A DNA stretch of 64,000 bases from an uncultured Bacteroidota bacterium (GTDB taxonomy: Bacteria; Bacteroidota; Bacteroidia; UKL13-3). The notes under the pieces are model-generated. The model did not search any database. It had not been told where the DNA came from and was given only the letters and a program-made list of their open reading frames with translations. This document shows, one piece after another, positions 9,102-19,194 of this stretch. Within the stretch, counting starts at the first letter, position 1. Each line of letters opens with the position of its first letter. The DNA lies in assembly GCA_903850915.1 (NCBI GenBank), contig CAINMV010000010.1:980-64979 (forward strand), read 5' to 3'. A program made the position numbers and the translations under genes.

Positions 9102-11732
9102 TTGTATAATTGCAGTAAAATAACACTACAGAATATCGCCATACCTCTACGCAGTAAATTTAATGTAATTGTTTTGAAAAAGCTGAGTTATCTGTTTATT
9201 TTCTTTGCTATTGCTGCGTGCAAAAGTAAAATCTATCATAATACCACTGCCCGATACAACGGTTATTATAATGCCACAGAACGTCTGAAACAAGCGCAAC
9301 TAACCCTAGAGCGCAGCAACGTTGATGATTATGATAAGATTTTAAGCGTGTTCCAATTCGGCGACGAGGCAAAGAGCAAGGCCGTACAGCCCGACATGGA
9401 TGAGATTTTTAAAAAATCGGGCACCATCATTCAACGTCACGGGAAAAGCAAATGGGTTGACAATTGTTACCTTTTAATTGCAAAGTCACATTTCTATAAA
9501 CGCGACTACTATTCGGCTATTGAGGTCCTACAATATATTAATGATAAATACAAAAACACCCAAGAGAGCTATGAAGCAACCATTTGGATTATGGTTTCAA
9601 AGCTGATGTTGGGTAAAAATGATGAAGCGTTTTCTGTTTCTGCATCTCTGAAAACAGATATCGATAAGATGGATGAAGCTAACTTGGCTTTTTTCTATGC
9701 TGCATTAGCCGAATATCATATTAAACAAAAAGAATATGTTCAGGCGCAAAAGAACATTTTTAAGGCTTTAAAATTTGCAAAAGGAAGAACGTATAGAACT
9801 CGCTTAAAATTTGTTTTAGCTCAACTCTACCAAAGAAACGGAAAAACAAATCAAGCAATACTTAATTACAAAGCTGTCATTAAACGCAATCCTCCATATG
9901 AGATGGCGTTTAATTCAAAACTTAATATAGGACGCACTTACGATGCCAACAAGCCCGAGAGCTTGAAGCAAGCACGTTCCTACTTGCGCACAATGGCGAA
10001 AGACGATAAGAACATCGCTTACCTTGACAAGATTTACTACGAGCTTGGAAATATTGCTCAACTCGACAGCAAAATAGACTTGGCTATTAATTACTATAAA
10101 CAGTCACTGTTGTATTTTAAAGACCAAAACACCAAATCCCTCTCCTACTTGGCGCTTGCAGATGTATATTTCCGAATGGGTAATTACCCTATGTCGCAAA
10201 CTTACTACGATAGTGCAGGTATGTTTCTCAACTCAAAATATGACGGATATGAGAAGCTGATGACAAAAAAGAAAGTTCTTTCTGAAATCATTAAAAACCT
10301 ACTCGTTATTCAGTCGGAAGATAGCTTGCAACGCTTAGGGAAACTTAGCGATTCGGAAAGAAAAAAAATTATCGAGAAATATAAAAACGAACAAGACCAA
10401 CGCAATAAGAAACCTGAGAAAGCAAGAGAATTAGAGAACCAAGCAAGCAATAACTACATTAATCCAAATGCCTCTAACGGCGGCTACCAGCAAGCGCCCG
10501 GCGATGAATGGTACTTTTACAATCCGAATGCCATTGCAATTGGATATAGCGAATTTGTTAAACGATGGGGGGCTCGTAATAACGAAGACTATTGGTTTGT
10601 ACTCGACAGAAAAACGCAAGGAAATACTGATGATAATGTCAATAGCCCAATTAAAAAGATTGATCCGAACAAGAAAGACACCTCAAATGCTAAAGAAGGA
10701 AATATCACCAAGGTAGGTGGTGATAAAGCCGGAGCTGGAAGCGAAAATAAAATCCCTGTCACCCCAGAGGACATCAATGCGTCAAACAATAAAATAATTG
10801 ACGCATTTGTAGCTAATGGCTTAATTTATAAAGACAAACTAAACGACACAAGAGAGGCGGTTAAAATTTTTGAAACATTGCTACAACGCTTCCCTGAAAA
10901 TAATTATTTAGCCAAAGTGTATTATTACCTCTATAAGTGTCACGACGAAACAAAAAACGATTCGTTAGCAAAAAAATACCGTGATCTCGTCTTAAATAAA
11001 TTCCCAAATAGCGACTATGCGGATATCATAAAAAACACAGCAAAGAACTCTACCGCATCGGGTAATAACGAAGAGGTTAAGTATTATGAGGCCACTTATG
11101 ATCTTTATAAAAATGGCAATTTTGCGGAGGTGAAAAAACGATGCTTTGAAGCTCATACCAAATTTAATAAAAGCAATTTGTTAGGCAAATTTGATTACCT
11201 CAAAGCATTATCCATTGGCAAAACAGAGGGAGAAGATATGTTTAGAATAGCCATGGAGGATGTGGTTAAAAACTACCCGAACACCGATGTATATGTTGCA
11301 GCCAATAATATGCTCGACTACCTAAAACGGAAGAACAACCCTCAACCCGAGGTTGCTGTTGTTGGAAATTACACGTATACACCCGCCAATGAGCATTATT
11401 ACGTAATGCTGACCGACGATGCCAAAGCAAATGTTGAAACACTAAAAGCAAACTATTCCGATTATAATGCTGAATATCATCGATTGGAATCCTATGATAT
11501 CAGCTCTTATATTCTCGGGGATAAAACAAAAATTATTGTAGTTAAGATTTTCGAAAATGGAGGCAAGTCAATTGAATATTATCGTGAACTAGTAAACAAT
11601 ACCTTGTTCTTTGAAAAAGCCGGTTTGGAAGAGTATTCTCAATGTGTAATTAGCCAAGATAACTTCAAAAAACTGATGAAGAAAAAGGATGAAGAGGAGT
11701 ATCTTAATTTCTTTAGAGAAAACTACAAATAA
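9102..11732 (+). CDS. TPR-repeat lipoprotein, possibly SprE/PorW-like. More likely TTG start at 9174, giving MKKLSYLFIFFAIAAC
   Basis: About 850-876 aa. Lipoprotein signal with Cys, multiple TPR-like helical repeats, and a central low-complexity K/N/E-rich segment. Size and architecture resemble the gliding/T9SS lipoprotein SprE(PorW). Confidence 0.6.
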   Translation: MYNCSKITLQNIAIPLRSKFNVIVLKKLSYLFIFFAIAACKSKIYHNTTARYNGYYNATERLKQAQLTLERSNVDDYDKILSVFQFGDEAKSKAVQPDMDEIFKKSGTIIQRHGKSKWVDNCYLLIAKSHFYKRDYYSAIEVLQYINDKYKNTQESYEATIWIMVSKLMLGKNDEAFSVSASLKTDIDKMDEANLAFFYAALAEYHIKQKEYVQAQKNIFKALKFAKGRTYRTRLKFVLAQLYQRNGKTNQAILNYKAVIKRNPPYEMAFNSKLNIGRTYDANKPESLKQARSYLRTMAKDDKNIAYLDKIYYELGNIAQLDSKIDLAINYYKQSLLYFKDQNTKSLSYLALADVYFRMGNYPMSQTYYDSAGMFLNSKYDGYEKLMTKKKVLSEIIKNLLVIQSEDSLQRLGKLSDSERKKIIEKYKNEQDQRNKKPEKARELENQASNNYINPNASNGGYQQAPGDEWYFYNPNAIAIGYSEFVKRWGARNNEDYWFVLDRKTQGNTDDNVNSPIKKIDPNKKDTSNAKEGNITKVGGDKAGAGSENKIPVTPEDINASNNKIIDAFVANGLIYKDKLNDTREAVKIFETLLQRFPENNYLAKVYYYLYKCHDETKNDSLAKKYRDLVLNKFPNSDYADIIKNTAKNSTASGNNEEVKYYEATYDLYKNGNFAEVKKRCFEAHTKFNKSNLLGKFDYLKALSIGKTEGEDMFRIAMEDVVKNYPNTDVYVAANNMLDYLKRKNNPQPEVAVVGNYTYTPANEHYYVMLTDDAKANVETLKANYSDYNAEYHRLESYDISSYILGDKTKIIVVKIFENGGKSIEYYRELVNNTLFFEKAGLEEYSQCVISQDNFKKLMKKKDEEEYLNFFRENYK

Positions 11733-11795
11733 AACTTGATTCATTGCTAATCTTAGTTTCTCAATTCGTTTATTACGCTTTAATAACAAAATTTC

Positions 11796-12569
11796 ATGCA
11801 CTTCTATAAATACCAAGGCACTGGCAATGATTTTGTGATGCTAGATGACCGCAAACATGAATTCGACATCAAAAACTCACATTTGGTGAAGCTCCTTTGC
11901 GACCGCAGATTTGGAATAGGTGCGGATGGCTTGATTTTATTGCGAAATTCGAACGAGGCCCAATTTGAAATGATTTATTTTAATAGCGATGGAAACCTAA
12001 GCAGCATGTGTGGCAATGGTGGCCGCTGTATCGCTCGTTTTGCACAACAACTTGGAATTATCGAAACCAAGGTTACATTTAAGGCCATCGATGGAATACA
12101 TCAGGCAAGCCTAACACCAAATGAGGTGTCTTTAAAAATGAATGATGTAACCACTGTTGAAAACAATCAAGACTACCTCTTTCTAAATACGGGATCCCCT
12201 CATTTAATAAAATTTGTCTCAGACTTAGACACTCTTGATATATTGACTGAAGCCAGAAAATACAGATATAATGAACGCTTTAGAGAACTTGGCACAAACG
12301 TAAACTTTATCCAACGCGATATAGATCAACTTAAAATTCGAACGTATGAACGTGGTGTAGAAGATGAGACTTTAAGTTGTGGCACCGGTATTACCGCTGC
12401 TGCCATTGCCAATATTATAAATGAACATAAAAGTGCTGGAAGCTACCAAGTAAAGCTGCATTCGCGTGGAGGCGAACTCCAGGTTCTTTGCAATTATGAT
12501 GGAAAAGAGACTTTCGAACATGTATATTTAATTGGTGCCGCTGAGTATGTCTTTGACGGCAATTTTTAA
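11796..12569 (+). CDS. dapF: diaminopimelate epimerase
   Basis: N-terminal YQGTGNDFVMLD block and catalytic Cys motifs (CGNGGRC..., SCGTG). Confidence 0.9.
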   Translation: MHFYKYQGTGNDFVMLDDRKHEFDIKNSHLVKLLCDRRFGIGADGLILLRNSNEAQFEMIYFNSDGNLSSMCGNGGRCIARFAQQLGIIETKVTFKAIDGIHQASLTPNEVSLKMNDVTTVENNQDYLFLNTGSPHLIKFVSDLDTLDILTEARKYRYNERFRELGTNVNFIQRDIDQLKIRTYERGVEDETLSCGTGITAAAIANIINEHKSAGSYQVKLHSRGGELQVLCNYDGKETFEHVYLIGAAEYVFDGNF

Positions 12570-12689
12570 ATTAAATCTCACCTCGCCACCTATTTAAAAG
12601 TCGATTAATATAATTCGAGGTTAATACAAGCTAGTGCTTGAAATATTCGTGACGCATTTGCAATAAAAACAGATTCTTGAAACAATATA

Positions 12690-13400
12690 TTATTTCTTCT
12701 GAGAGTCAGCGTATGAAAACACTTTTTTCATTAAGGGTGTGGTGCGACTTGCGGTGTTGGTGCGAATAGTGTTTTCCTCCTCTTCAACTTTACTAAACAA
12801 AGCCACCAGTGCTTTTTCTGTAACAAAGGAATTAAGATCGGGATTCATTTTTTGAACCATTGGAATTCTATTGTATTGATTCACAAGGTCGCCCCAATAT
12901 TTGGTTACACCCACTTGATTTAAAGCTTCCTGAATTTTGGGTTTGAACGAAGCCGTTAAAGCTTCTGTTGTAGAATTCTTTAAGTATTTAGTAGCGGCAC
13001 CTTTACCACCAGTTAGTACGCCCATCGCGTCACTAAAGCTCATGCCAGTAACAGCATCAATAAAAATTGGCTTTGCTGTTTGTACCGCATTTTCGGCCCC
13101 TTCATTAAGTTTGGCAATTACATTATCTACCTGTGGCCCCATGCCCAAGTTGCGCATTTTATCAGCAATTTTTTGAGCGTCGGGTGGTAGAAGGATTTTA
13201 TACATTGCATTGTTTAAAAATCCTCCACGAACCGACAATACATCGACACCATTACTGAAACCCTGCTTGAGAGCATCTTTGAGCCCACCGGCGGCTTCAG
13301 TAGAAGTTGGAATAGTTAGTGCTTGAGTAGCCACAGCCTGAAGTACATCGCATGAAGCGAAAAACAAAAATAATAAGGATAGAGAGATGATTTTTTTCAT
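12690..13400 (-). CDS. DUF4197-like lipoprotein
   Basis: 236 aa, lipobox (FASC), Ala/Lys-rich helical protein typical of DUF4197. Confidence 0.5.
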   Translation of the reverse strand: MKKIISLSLLFLFFASCDVLQAVATQALTIPTSTEAAGGLKDALKQGFSNGVDVLSVRGGFLNNAMYKILLPPDAQKIADKMRNLGMGPQVDNVIAKLNEGAENAVQTAKPIFIDAVTGMSFSDAMGVLTGGKGAATKYLKNSTTEALTASFKPKIQEALNQVGVTKYWGDLVNQYNRIPMVQKMNPDLNSFVTEKALVALFSKVEEEENTIRTNTASRTTPLMKKVFSYADSQKK

Positions 13401-13433
13401 GATAAACTGCTAAATCAACAACCGTGCCGTTAC

Positions 13434-14393
13434 TTAACCTTGGATACTATTAATCGTTAATAGCTCCTCTTTTATCTTTTCTGTAACTTTCTTTTCCACC
13501 ATTCGTTGCCCTAATAGTATCATATTTTTAAAAGCTTCGATATTGGAAATTCCATGACCAAGGATAACAGGTGCATTCACGCCTAAAATAGGAGAGCCTC
13601 CATAAATTTCATAGTTGAAGCGTTCGAAATAGTCGTTGCTATTTCCCATTTTTCGCATAATTTTATAGATACTTTGGGCTACCTTCAAAATAATATTGCC
13701 AGTGAAACCATCACAAACAATGACATCGGCCTTTTCATCAAATAAATTATATCCTTCAACATTACCTACAAAATTTATATGCGGATTTTGCTCTAATAGC
13801 GGATAGCTGGCTAAAGTAAGTGCATTTCCCTTTTCTTTTTCTTCACCAACACTCATTAGGGCCACTTTCGGATTTTCGATATTATATATTGACTCGCAGA
13901 ATATAGAGCCCAATAATCCAAATTGATTTAACATTTCAGGCTTACAATCAGCATTGGTGCCGGCATCCACCAAAAGCCCGAAGCCACCTTTTAATTTTGG
14001 CAATACGGAAATTACAGTAGGGCGCGAAACACCTTCAATTAACTTAACACTAAAAACAGCTCCTACCATTACTGCTCCTGTATTTCCGGCACTCATAAAC
14101 ACATCAATCTTTTTTTGTGCCAACAATGCAAAACCAACATTAATACTAGAGTCCTTTTTGGCAGCAATGGCTTTTGTTGGGTGTTCGCTCATGCCTATTA
14201 CTTCTGTGGTATGAACAAATTCAAATAACGAAGGAGAAACCTGGTTTGAATGAAGTAGTTCAAGCGCTTGTGACTCATCCCCGATCATAACGATGGTACA
14301 ATCGGCAGGCAAGTTTTTTTGCGCTTCAATTGCGCCTAAAACAGCCTCTTTCGGTGCGAAATCACCTCCCATTATGTCTATTCCTATTTTCAT
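13434..14393 (-). CDS. plsX: phosphate acyltransferase PlsX
   Basis: MKIGIDIMGGDFAP N-terminus; PlsX family; conserved plsX-rpmF-yceD context. Confidence 0.9.
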   Translation of the reverse strand: MKIGIDIMGGDFAPKEAVLGAIEAQKNLPADCTIVMIGDESQALELLHSNQVSPSLFEFVHTTEVIGMSEHPTKAIAAKKDSSINVGFALLAQKKIDVFMSAGNTGAVMVGAVFSVKLIEGVSRPTVISVLPKLKGGFGLLVDAGTNADCKPEMLNQFGLLGSIFCESIYNIENPKVALMSVGEEKEKGNALTLASYPLLEQNPHINFVGNVEGYNLFDEKADVIVCDGFTGNIILKVAQSIYKIMRKMGNSNDYFERFNYEIYGGSPILGVNAPVILGHGISNIEAFKNMILLGQRMVEKKVTEKIKEELLTINSIQG

Positions 14394-14543
14394 GACTGAC
14401 TATAGATTTTGATTTGAATTGTATTCGAAGGCTTTTTTAAAAAGCACCAGAAACGCTATGCATTGAAATTAAACAAAAAAAGGACTAAGCTTTTTATGCT
14501 TAATCCAAATTTGTTTTATTAAATTTTTCATTAAAACCTGAAG

Positions 14544-14723
14544 TTAGGCTTTAACTTCAAATACTTTTTTACCGCGGTACATTCCATTCGCCATATCGAT
14601 ACGGTGGTACAAAGAAATAGCACCTGTATTAGCATCTCTGCGTAATGTAGGAAGGGCTGCTTTATCGTGCGTACGACGTTTGTTACGGCGTTGTTTGGAT
14701 ATCTTTCGTTTTGGATTTGGCAT
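14544..14723 (-). CDS. rpmF: 50S ribosomal protein L32
   Basis: Manual translation: MPNPKRKISKQRRNKRRTHDKAALPTLRRDANTGAISLYHRIDMANGMYRGKKVFEVKA. Not in the ORF track, which has a size cutoff. Confidence 0.85.
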   Translation of the reverse strand: MPNPKRKISKQRRNKRRTHDKAALPTLRRDANTGAISLYHRIDMANGMYRGKKVFEVKA

Positions 14724-14763
14724 GGCTTGTCGTAATTAATTTATTTCTTGTTATGGTAATAAT

Positions 14764-15291
14764 CTATTCGTCTAAATCTATGTTTTTCAAGGCATTCCAT
14801 CGTGGATCGCCAGAGGTTTTATCTTCTTTCTTTTTTTGCTCTGGTACAATGTATTTTAAAGTTTGTTCGTCACAAACAACATTCTCAAGTCCATCACAAT
14901 TTACATACATCGGCATCGCGGTAAGAATATATTCGTAAATATACTGCGCTACATTAATTTTATGCTCTGTGGCGGGTATCTCTATTACATCTACATCTTG
15001 CTCCTGATGAGCACTACCTAAAGTCACAATGAGTGTTTCAAAAGACTCAATAGGATAGATAATCGAATTCAGGCAACGATCACACATTGTATTTACAGAT
15101 CCTTCCGTCTCAAATTGGAATTGAAGTAACGCTTCTTCTTTTATCATCGTCACATGGCACTTCAATTGGCCTCCTTCGATACGGTCTTGTGGAAATGGTT
15201 TAAAAAAGGCACCATCAATATCAAAGCTAAACTCATGTTGGCCATCTCCAAGCCTGATGAATTCTATGTCGTACGCTTTATGCTTATCCAC
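14764..15291 (-). CDS. YceD/DUF177 family protein
   Basis: 175 aa with CDRCL...C Cys cluster; canonical neighbour of rpmF-plsX. Confidence 0.8.
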   Translation of the reverse strand: MDKHKAYDIEFIRLGDGQHEFSFDIDGAFFKPFPQDRIEGGQLKCHVTMIKEEALLQFQFETEGSVNTMCDRCLNSIIYPIESFETLIVTLGSAHQEQDVDVIEIPATEHKINVAQYIYEYILTAMPMYVNCDGLENVVCDEQTLKYIVPEQKKKEDKTSGDPRWNALKNIDLDE

Positions 15292-15373
15292 AACTTTCCT
15301 TTGTTTTTAAAAAAGGAGGGCAAAAGTAATGAATTTTAGTCGTATTGTGAAACAGAATTCGAATTTTCCTTTT

Positions 15374-16348
15374 CTACCAACCTAAAAGCCATGCGAAAAT
15401 TAATGGAACCACAATGGTAGCGTCGCTTTCAACAATAAACTTCGGGGTATGGATATCCAACTTGCCCCAAGTTATTTTTTCGTTTGGAACAGCACCACTA
15501 TAACTTCCATAGGAGGTTGTACTATCGCTCACCTGGCAGAAATACCCCCAGAAAGGAACATCATGCCATTCCAAATCCTGATACATCATTGGCACAACGC
15601 AAATTGGGAAGTCCCCTGCAATACCACCTCCAATCTGAAAGAACCCTACCCCTTTTCCTGAGGAATTGTGTCTATACCAATCCGCTAGCCAAACCATATA
15701 TTCAATTCCACCTTTCACTGTTGATGCTTTAAGTTGTCCTTTTATCACATAAGACGCGAAAATATTTCCCATAGTGCTGTCTTCCCATCCTGGAACGACT
15801 ATTGGAATGTTTTTTTCAGCAGCTGCAAGCATCCAACTATTTTTAGGATCTATCTCATAATACTGCTCCAAAACACCGCTTAATAGCATCTTGTACATAA
15901 ATTCGTGTGGGAAATAGCGCTCACCTTTGGTATCGGCATCGTGCCAAAGTTCATGAATATGCTTCTGTAAGCGACGAAATGCCTCTTCTTCTGGGATACA
16001 AGTATCTGTAACACGATTATAGTGGTTTTCTAGCAAATCCCACTCCTCCTGGGGGCTTAAATCACGGTAGTTTGGCACACGCTTATAATGCGAATGGGCG
16101 ACCAAATTCATGATATCTTCCTCTAAATTGGCTCCTGTACAACTTATAATTTGTACTTTATCTTGACGTATCATCTCTGCCAAGCTTAGGCCAAGCTCTG
16201 CGGTGCTCATGGCTCCAGCCAAAGTAATCATCATTTTTCCACCCTCGGCTAAGTGCGTTTCGTAACCTTTAGCCGCATCCATCAAAGCTGCCGCATTAAA
16301 ATGGCGGTAGTGGTGCTCGATATATTGAGAAACTGGTCCTTTTGTCAT
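15374..16348 (-). CDS. deoxyhypusine synthase-like protein
   Basis: 324 aa, DHS-family pattern (..GGIAGDFP.., NAD-binding Gly-rich segments). Confidence 0.7.
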   Translation of the reverse strand: MTKGPVSQYIEHHYRHFNAAALMDAAKGYETHLAEGGKMMITLAGAMSTAELGLSLAEMIRQDKVQIISCTGANLEEDIMNLVAHSHYKRVPNYRDLSPQEEWDLLENHYNRVTDTCIPEEEAFRRLQKHIHELWHDADTKGERYFPHEFMYKMLLSGVLEQYYEIDPKNSWMLAAAEKNIPIVVPGWEDSTMGNIFASYVIKGQLKASTVKGGIEYMVWLADWYRHNSSGKGVGFFQIGGGIAGDFPICVVPMMYQDLEWHDVPFWGYFCQVSDSTTSYGSYSGAVPNEKITWGKLDIHTPKFIVESDATIVVPLIFAWLLGW

Positions 16349-16743
16349 AATAGGCGCGAATATAAAGAAATGAGAAGGGATTGGAAAATTTCATCTGCAC
16401 TCGATAATGAAATCAAGAACAATTTTAGGGTAATTAAACCTCGCAAAATCTAGAACTTGCTGTAAGTCGATTCGAAACTTTAACAATTCATGTCGTATTG
16501 ATTTTTTTTGCAAAAAAAATACCCTAAGATACAATGGATGAAGAATTCCGATAACATCCCAAGTAAAAATAATTTTACCGCTACTTAAAAAAAATTAGGG
16601 TGCCGTTAATTGGGATGATTCAAATAAATGCCAAATAGCACTAGCGCATTTTGATAAAAGAAAGGAAGTACGGTTGCGTGTCGTCTAATAAAACAATTGC
16701 GCTAAATTAGATGCGCTAAACTTCTAAACATTTCTATTCAATT

Positions 16744-19086
16744 ATGCGAATCCTGTTTCTACTAGCGTTAATTCCAACACTTTCCTTTTCACAAAACAAC
16801 ACTCAAAATATCCGCGGTGTTATAACCGATAAACTATCGCAAACACAATTGGCTGGAGTTGTAATTCAGATTAGTTCAATTCAAAAAGGGGCAACAACGG
16901 ATACCCTTGGAAAATATACTATACCAAATGTACCCCCAGATCGTTATGAAATCAAAATTACTTATCTGGGTTATAAAACCATAACCATTCCTAATGTTAT
17001 CGTTACCTCAGGCAAAGAAGTGATTTTGGATATTGCCATGGAAGAGTCATTTTCTCAATTGGGCGAGGTTGTAATAAAAACCAATAATAAAGGGGGTACT
17101 TTAAACAAATTGGCAACAGTAAGTGCCCGAACTTTTTCCATGGAAGAGGTAAATCGATATGCCGGTGGCCGAAGTGATCCAGCACGCCTAGCAGCTAATT
17201 TTGCAGGAGTGAGTGCACCTGACGACAGTAGAAACGATATCGTAATTCGGGGAAATTCGCCTGTTGGTGTTCTTTGGCGTATAGATGGAATGAATGTTAC
17301 CAACCCAAATCACTTTGCATCGGTTGGAACAACAGGTGGAGCCGTTAGTGCATTAAACACAAATTTATTGAAGAACTCTGATTTCTTCACGTCAGCATTC
17401 CCAGCTGAATATGGCAATGCAACAGCAGGTGTTTTTGATTTAGGTTTTAGAAATGGAAACAATCAAAAGAGAGAGACAACATTACAAATTGGTGTTATTA
17501 CGGGCCTGGAAGCAACTACAGAAGGGCCTTTCAGTAAAAAAAGTGATGCCTCCTATTTGATTGGATATCGATATGCATTAGCCGGGGTCGCGCAAAAGTT
17601 AGGCATCAATATTGGCACAACAGCAACACCTTCTTATCAAGACCTATCGTTTAAACTAAATAGCGGAACTACTAAAATTGGCAGATTTTCGATGTTTGGC
17701 ATCTTAGCTACAAGTACTATCGAAATTGGTGGCGGCAATAATAACACGTTGTACGGCAATGGAAATCAGGTGGACTTTGCCAGTAAAATTGGAATTGTTG
17801 GCATAAATCACTTCAAACAACTTAATAAAAAATCACATATAAGCACGACCGTTGGTATTAATTATTCGAGCACCGATCAAACTGGATACGACTTTGATAG
17901 ATTTACCAATACGTCCTTCATCAAGGAGATAAACAATGTAGCTAAGAAAAACTATAATATAAACAGCACCTATAGTACAAAAATAAACTCACGCGTTTTC
18001 TTTAAAGCGGGCATTCAAGATGAAATTATCGATTTGTATTTATTCTATAAAAACAAAAATAGAATAATTGATGATTATAAACAGATTTGGGACTACAATA
18101 GTAACACCAACTTGGCACAAGCCTATGTCCATCTTAAATACAACTTAACTGAAAAAGTTACAATGAATGCTGGAATGCATGCTCAACGCTTTTTCCTGAA
18201 CAAAGCAACATCAGTAGAGCCTCGATTTGGTCTGTCATACAACGTTACCAACAATAGCAGTTTTAACTTTGGCTATGGATTGCATGCTCAAATGCAACCA
18301 ATAAATGTATATTTTTTACAAAGCACAGATGCAAATGGAAATACAATTTACAACAACAAAAATTTAGACTTCACCAAAAGCCATCATTTTGTAATAGGGT
18401 ACAATATACAACCAATGAATGATTGGCGAATTAAGGCAGAAGCATACTATCAGTCCATTTATAATGTTCCAGTAGATTCATTTTCGAGTAGTTATTCGAT
18501 GCTAAATACTGGATCTACCTTTAAAGCAGACTTGCAAGACAATTTAGTAAATACTGGAACAGGAAAAAGCTATGGCCTTGAATTAACTATTGAGAAGTTT
18601 TTCAGCAAAGGTTACTATGGTTTATTTACATCATCTATCTACAACTCAAAGTGTAAAGGAAGCGATGGCATTGAAAGGAATACAGCCTTTAACGGAAAAT
18701 ATGTTTTTAATTTATTGGCAGGTAAGGAATGGAAATTGGGGTCAGCTAAAAGAAACAAGCTATCTTCCGATATTAAGTTTACGAATGCTGGAGGAAGGGC
18801 TTACACTCCTATTGATTTAGAAACCTCAAAAATCATTCGTCGCGAACAGCTTTCTACCGATGCTTATTCTAGTTTTTACGACAGCTATTATCGTTTAGAT
18901 GTAAAAGTAGGCTATACTTTAAATAGTGCCAACCGAAAGATTTCAAATGTATTCTCGTTGGACTTACAAAATGTTACCAACCATAAAAATGTTTTTTCAC
19001 AGTCATACGATGATAGATTGCAAAACATAAACACAACTTACCAGCTTGGTTTTTTCCCGAACATAGTATATAAGTTACAGTTTTAA
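16744..19086 (+). CDS. TonB-dependent receptor-like outer-membrane protein (CarboxypepD_reg domain + plug + barrel)
   Basis: Signal peptide, N-terminal carboxypeptidase-regulatory-like domain, plug-like region (..NRYAGGRSD..), 780 aa, C-terminal aromatic residue. Confidence 0.7.
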   Translation: MRILFLLALIPTLSFSQNNTQNIRGVITDKLSQTQLAGVVIQISSIQKGATTDTLGKYTIPNVPPDRYEIKITYLGYKTITIPNVIVTSGKEVILDIAMEESFSQLGEVVIKTNNKGGTLNKLATVSARTFSMEEVNRYAGGRSDPARLAANFAGVSAPDDSRNDIVIRGNSPVGVLWRIDGMNVTNPNHFASVGTTGGAVSALNTNLLKNSDFFTSAFPAEYGNATAGVFDLGFRNGNNQKRETTLQIGVITGLEATTEGPFSKKSDASYLIGYRYALAGVAQKLGINIGTTATPSYQDLSFKLNSGTTKIGRFSMFGILATSTIEIGGGNNNTLYGNGNQVDFASKIGIVGINHFKQLNKKSHISTTVGINYSSTDQTGYDFDRFTNTSFIKEINNVAKKNYNINSTYSTKINSRVFFKAGIQDEIIDLYLFYKNKNRIIDDYKQIWDYNSNTNLAQAYVHLKYNLTEKVTMNAGMHAQRFFLNKATSVEPRFGLSYNVTNNSSFNFGYGLHAQMQPINVYFLQSTDANGNTIYNNKNLDFTKSHHFVIGYNIQPMNDWRIKAEAYYQSIYNVPVDSFSSSYSMLNTGSTFKADLQDNLVNTGTGKSYGLELTIEKFFSKGYYGLFTSSIYNSKCKGSDGIERNTAFNGKYVFNLLAGKEWKLGSAKRNKLSSDIKFTNAGGRAYTPIDLETSKIIRREQLSTDAYSSFYDSYYRLDVKVGYTLNSANRKISNVFSLDLQNVTNHKNVFSQSYDDRLQNINTTYQLGFFPNIVYKLQF

Positions 19087-19194
19087 GAAAACGATTTTAA
19101 TTAAGGAAAGCCAGCTCAAATTGGCGAAAGAGAGTGCTGCATAAATGTAAAAACAGTAGCTGTTTTTTATTCACAAGCTAAAAAAAGCTGCTTT

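Noticed and set aside
16349-16743. Riboswitch (cobalamin/TPP) in the leader of the TonB-dependent receptor gene
   Set aside because: I found no B12-box (AGYCMGgAgaCCkGCc-like) and no TPP CUGAGA/ACCUGA core by eye. Rfam scanning is needed to be sure.
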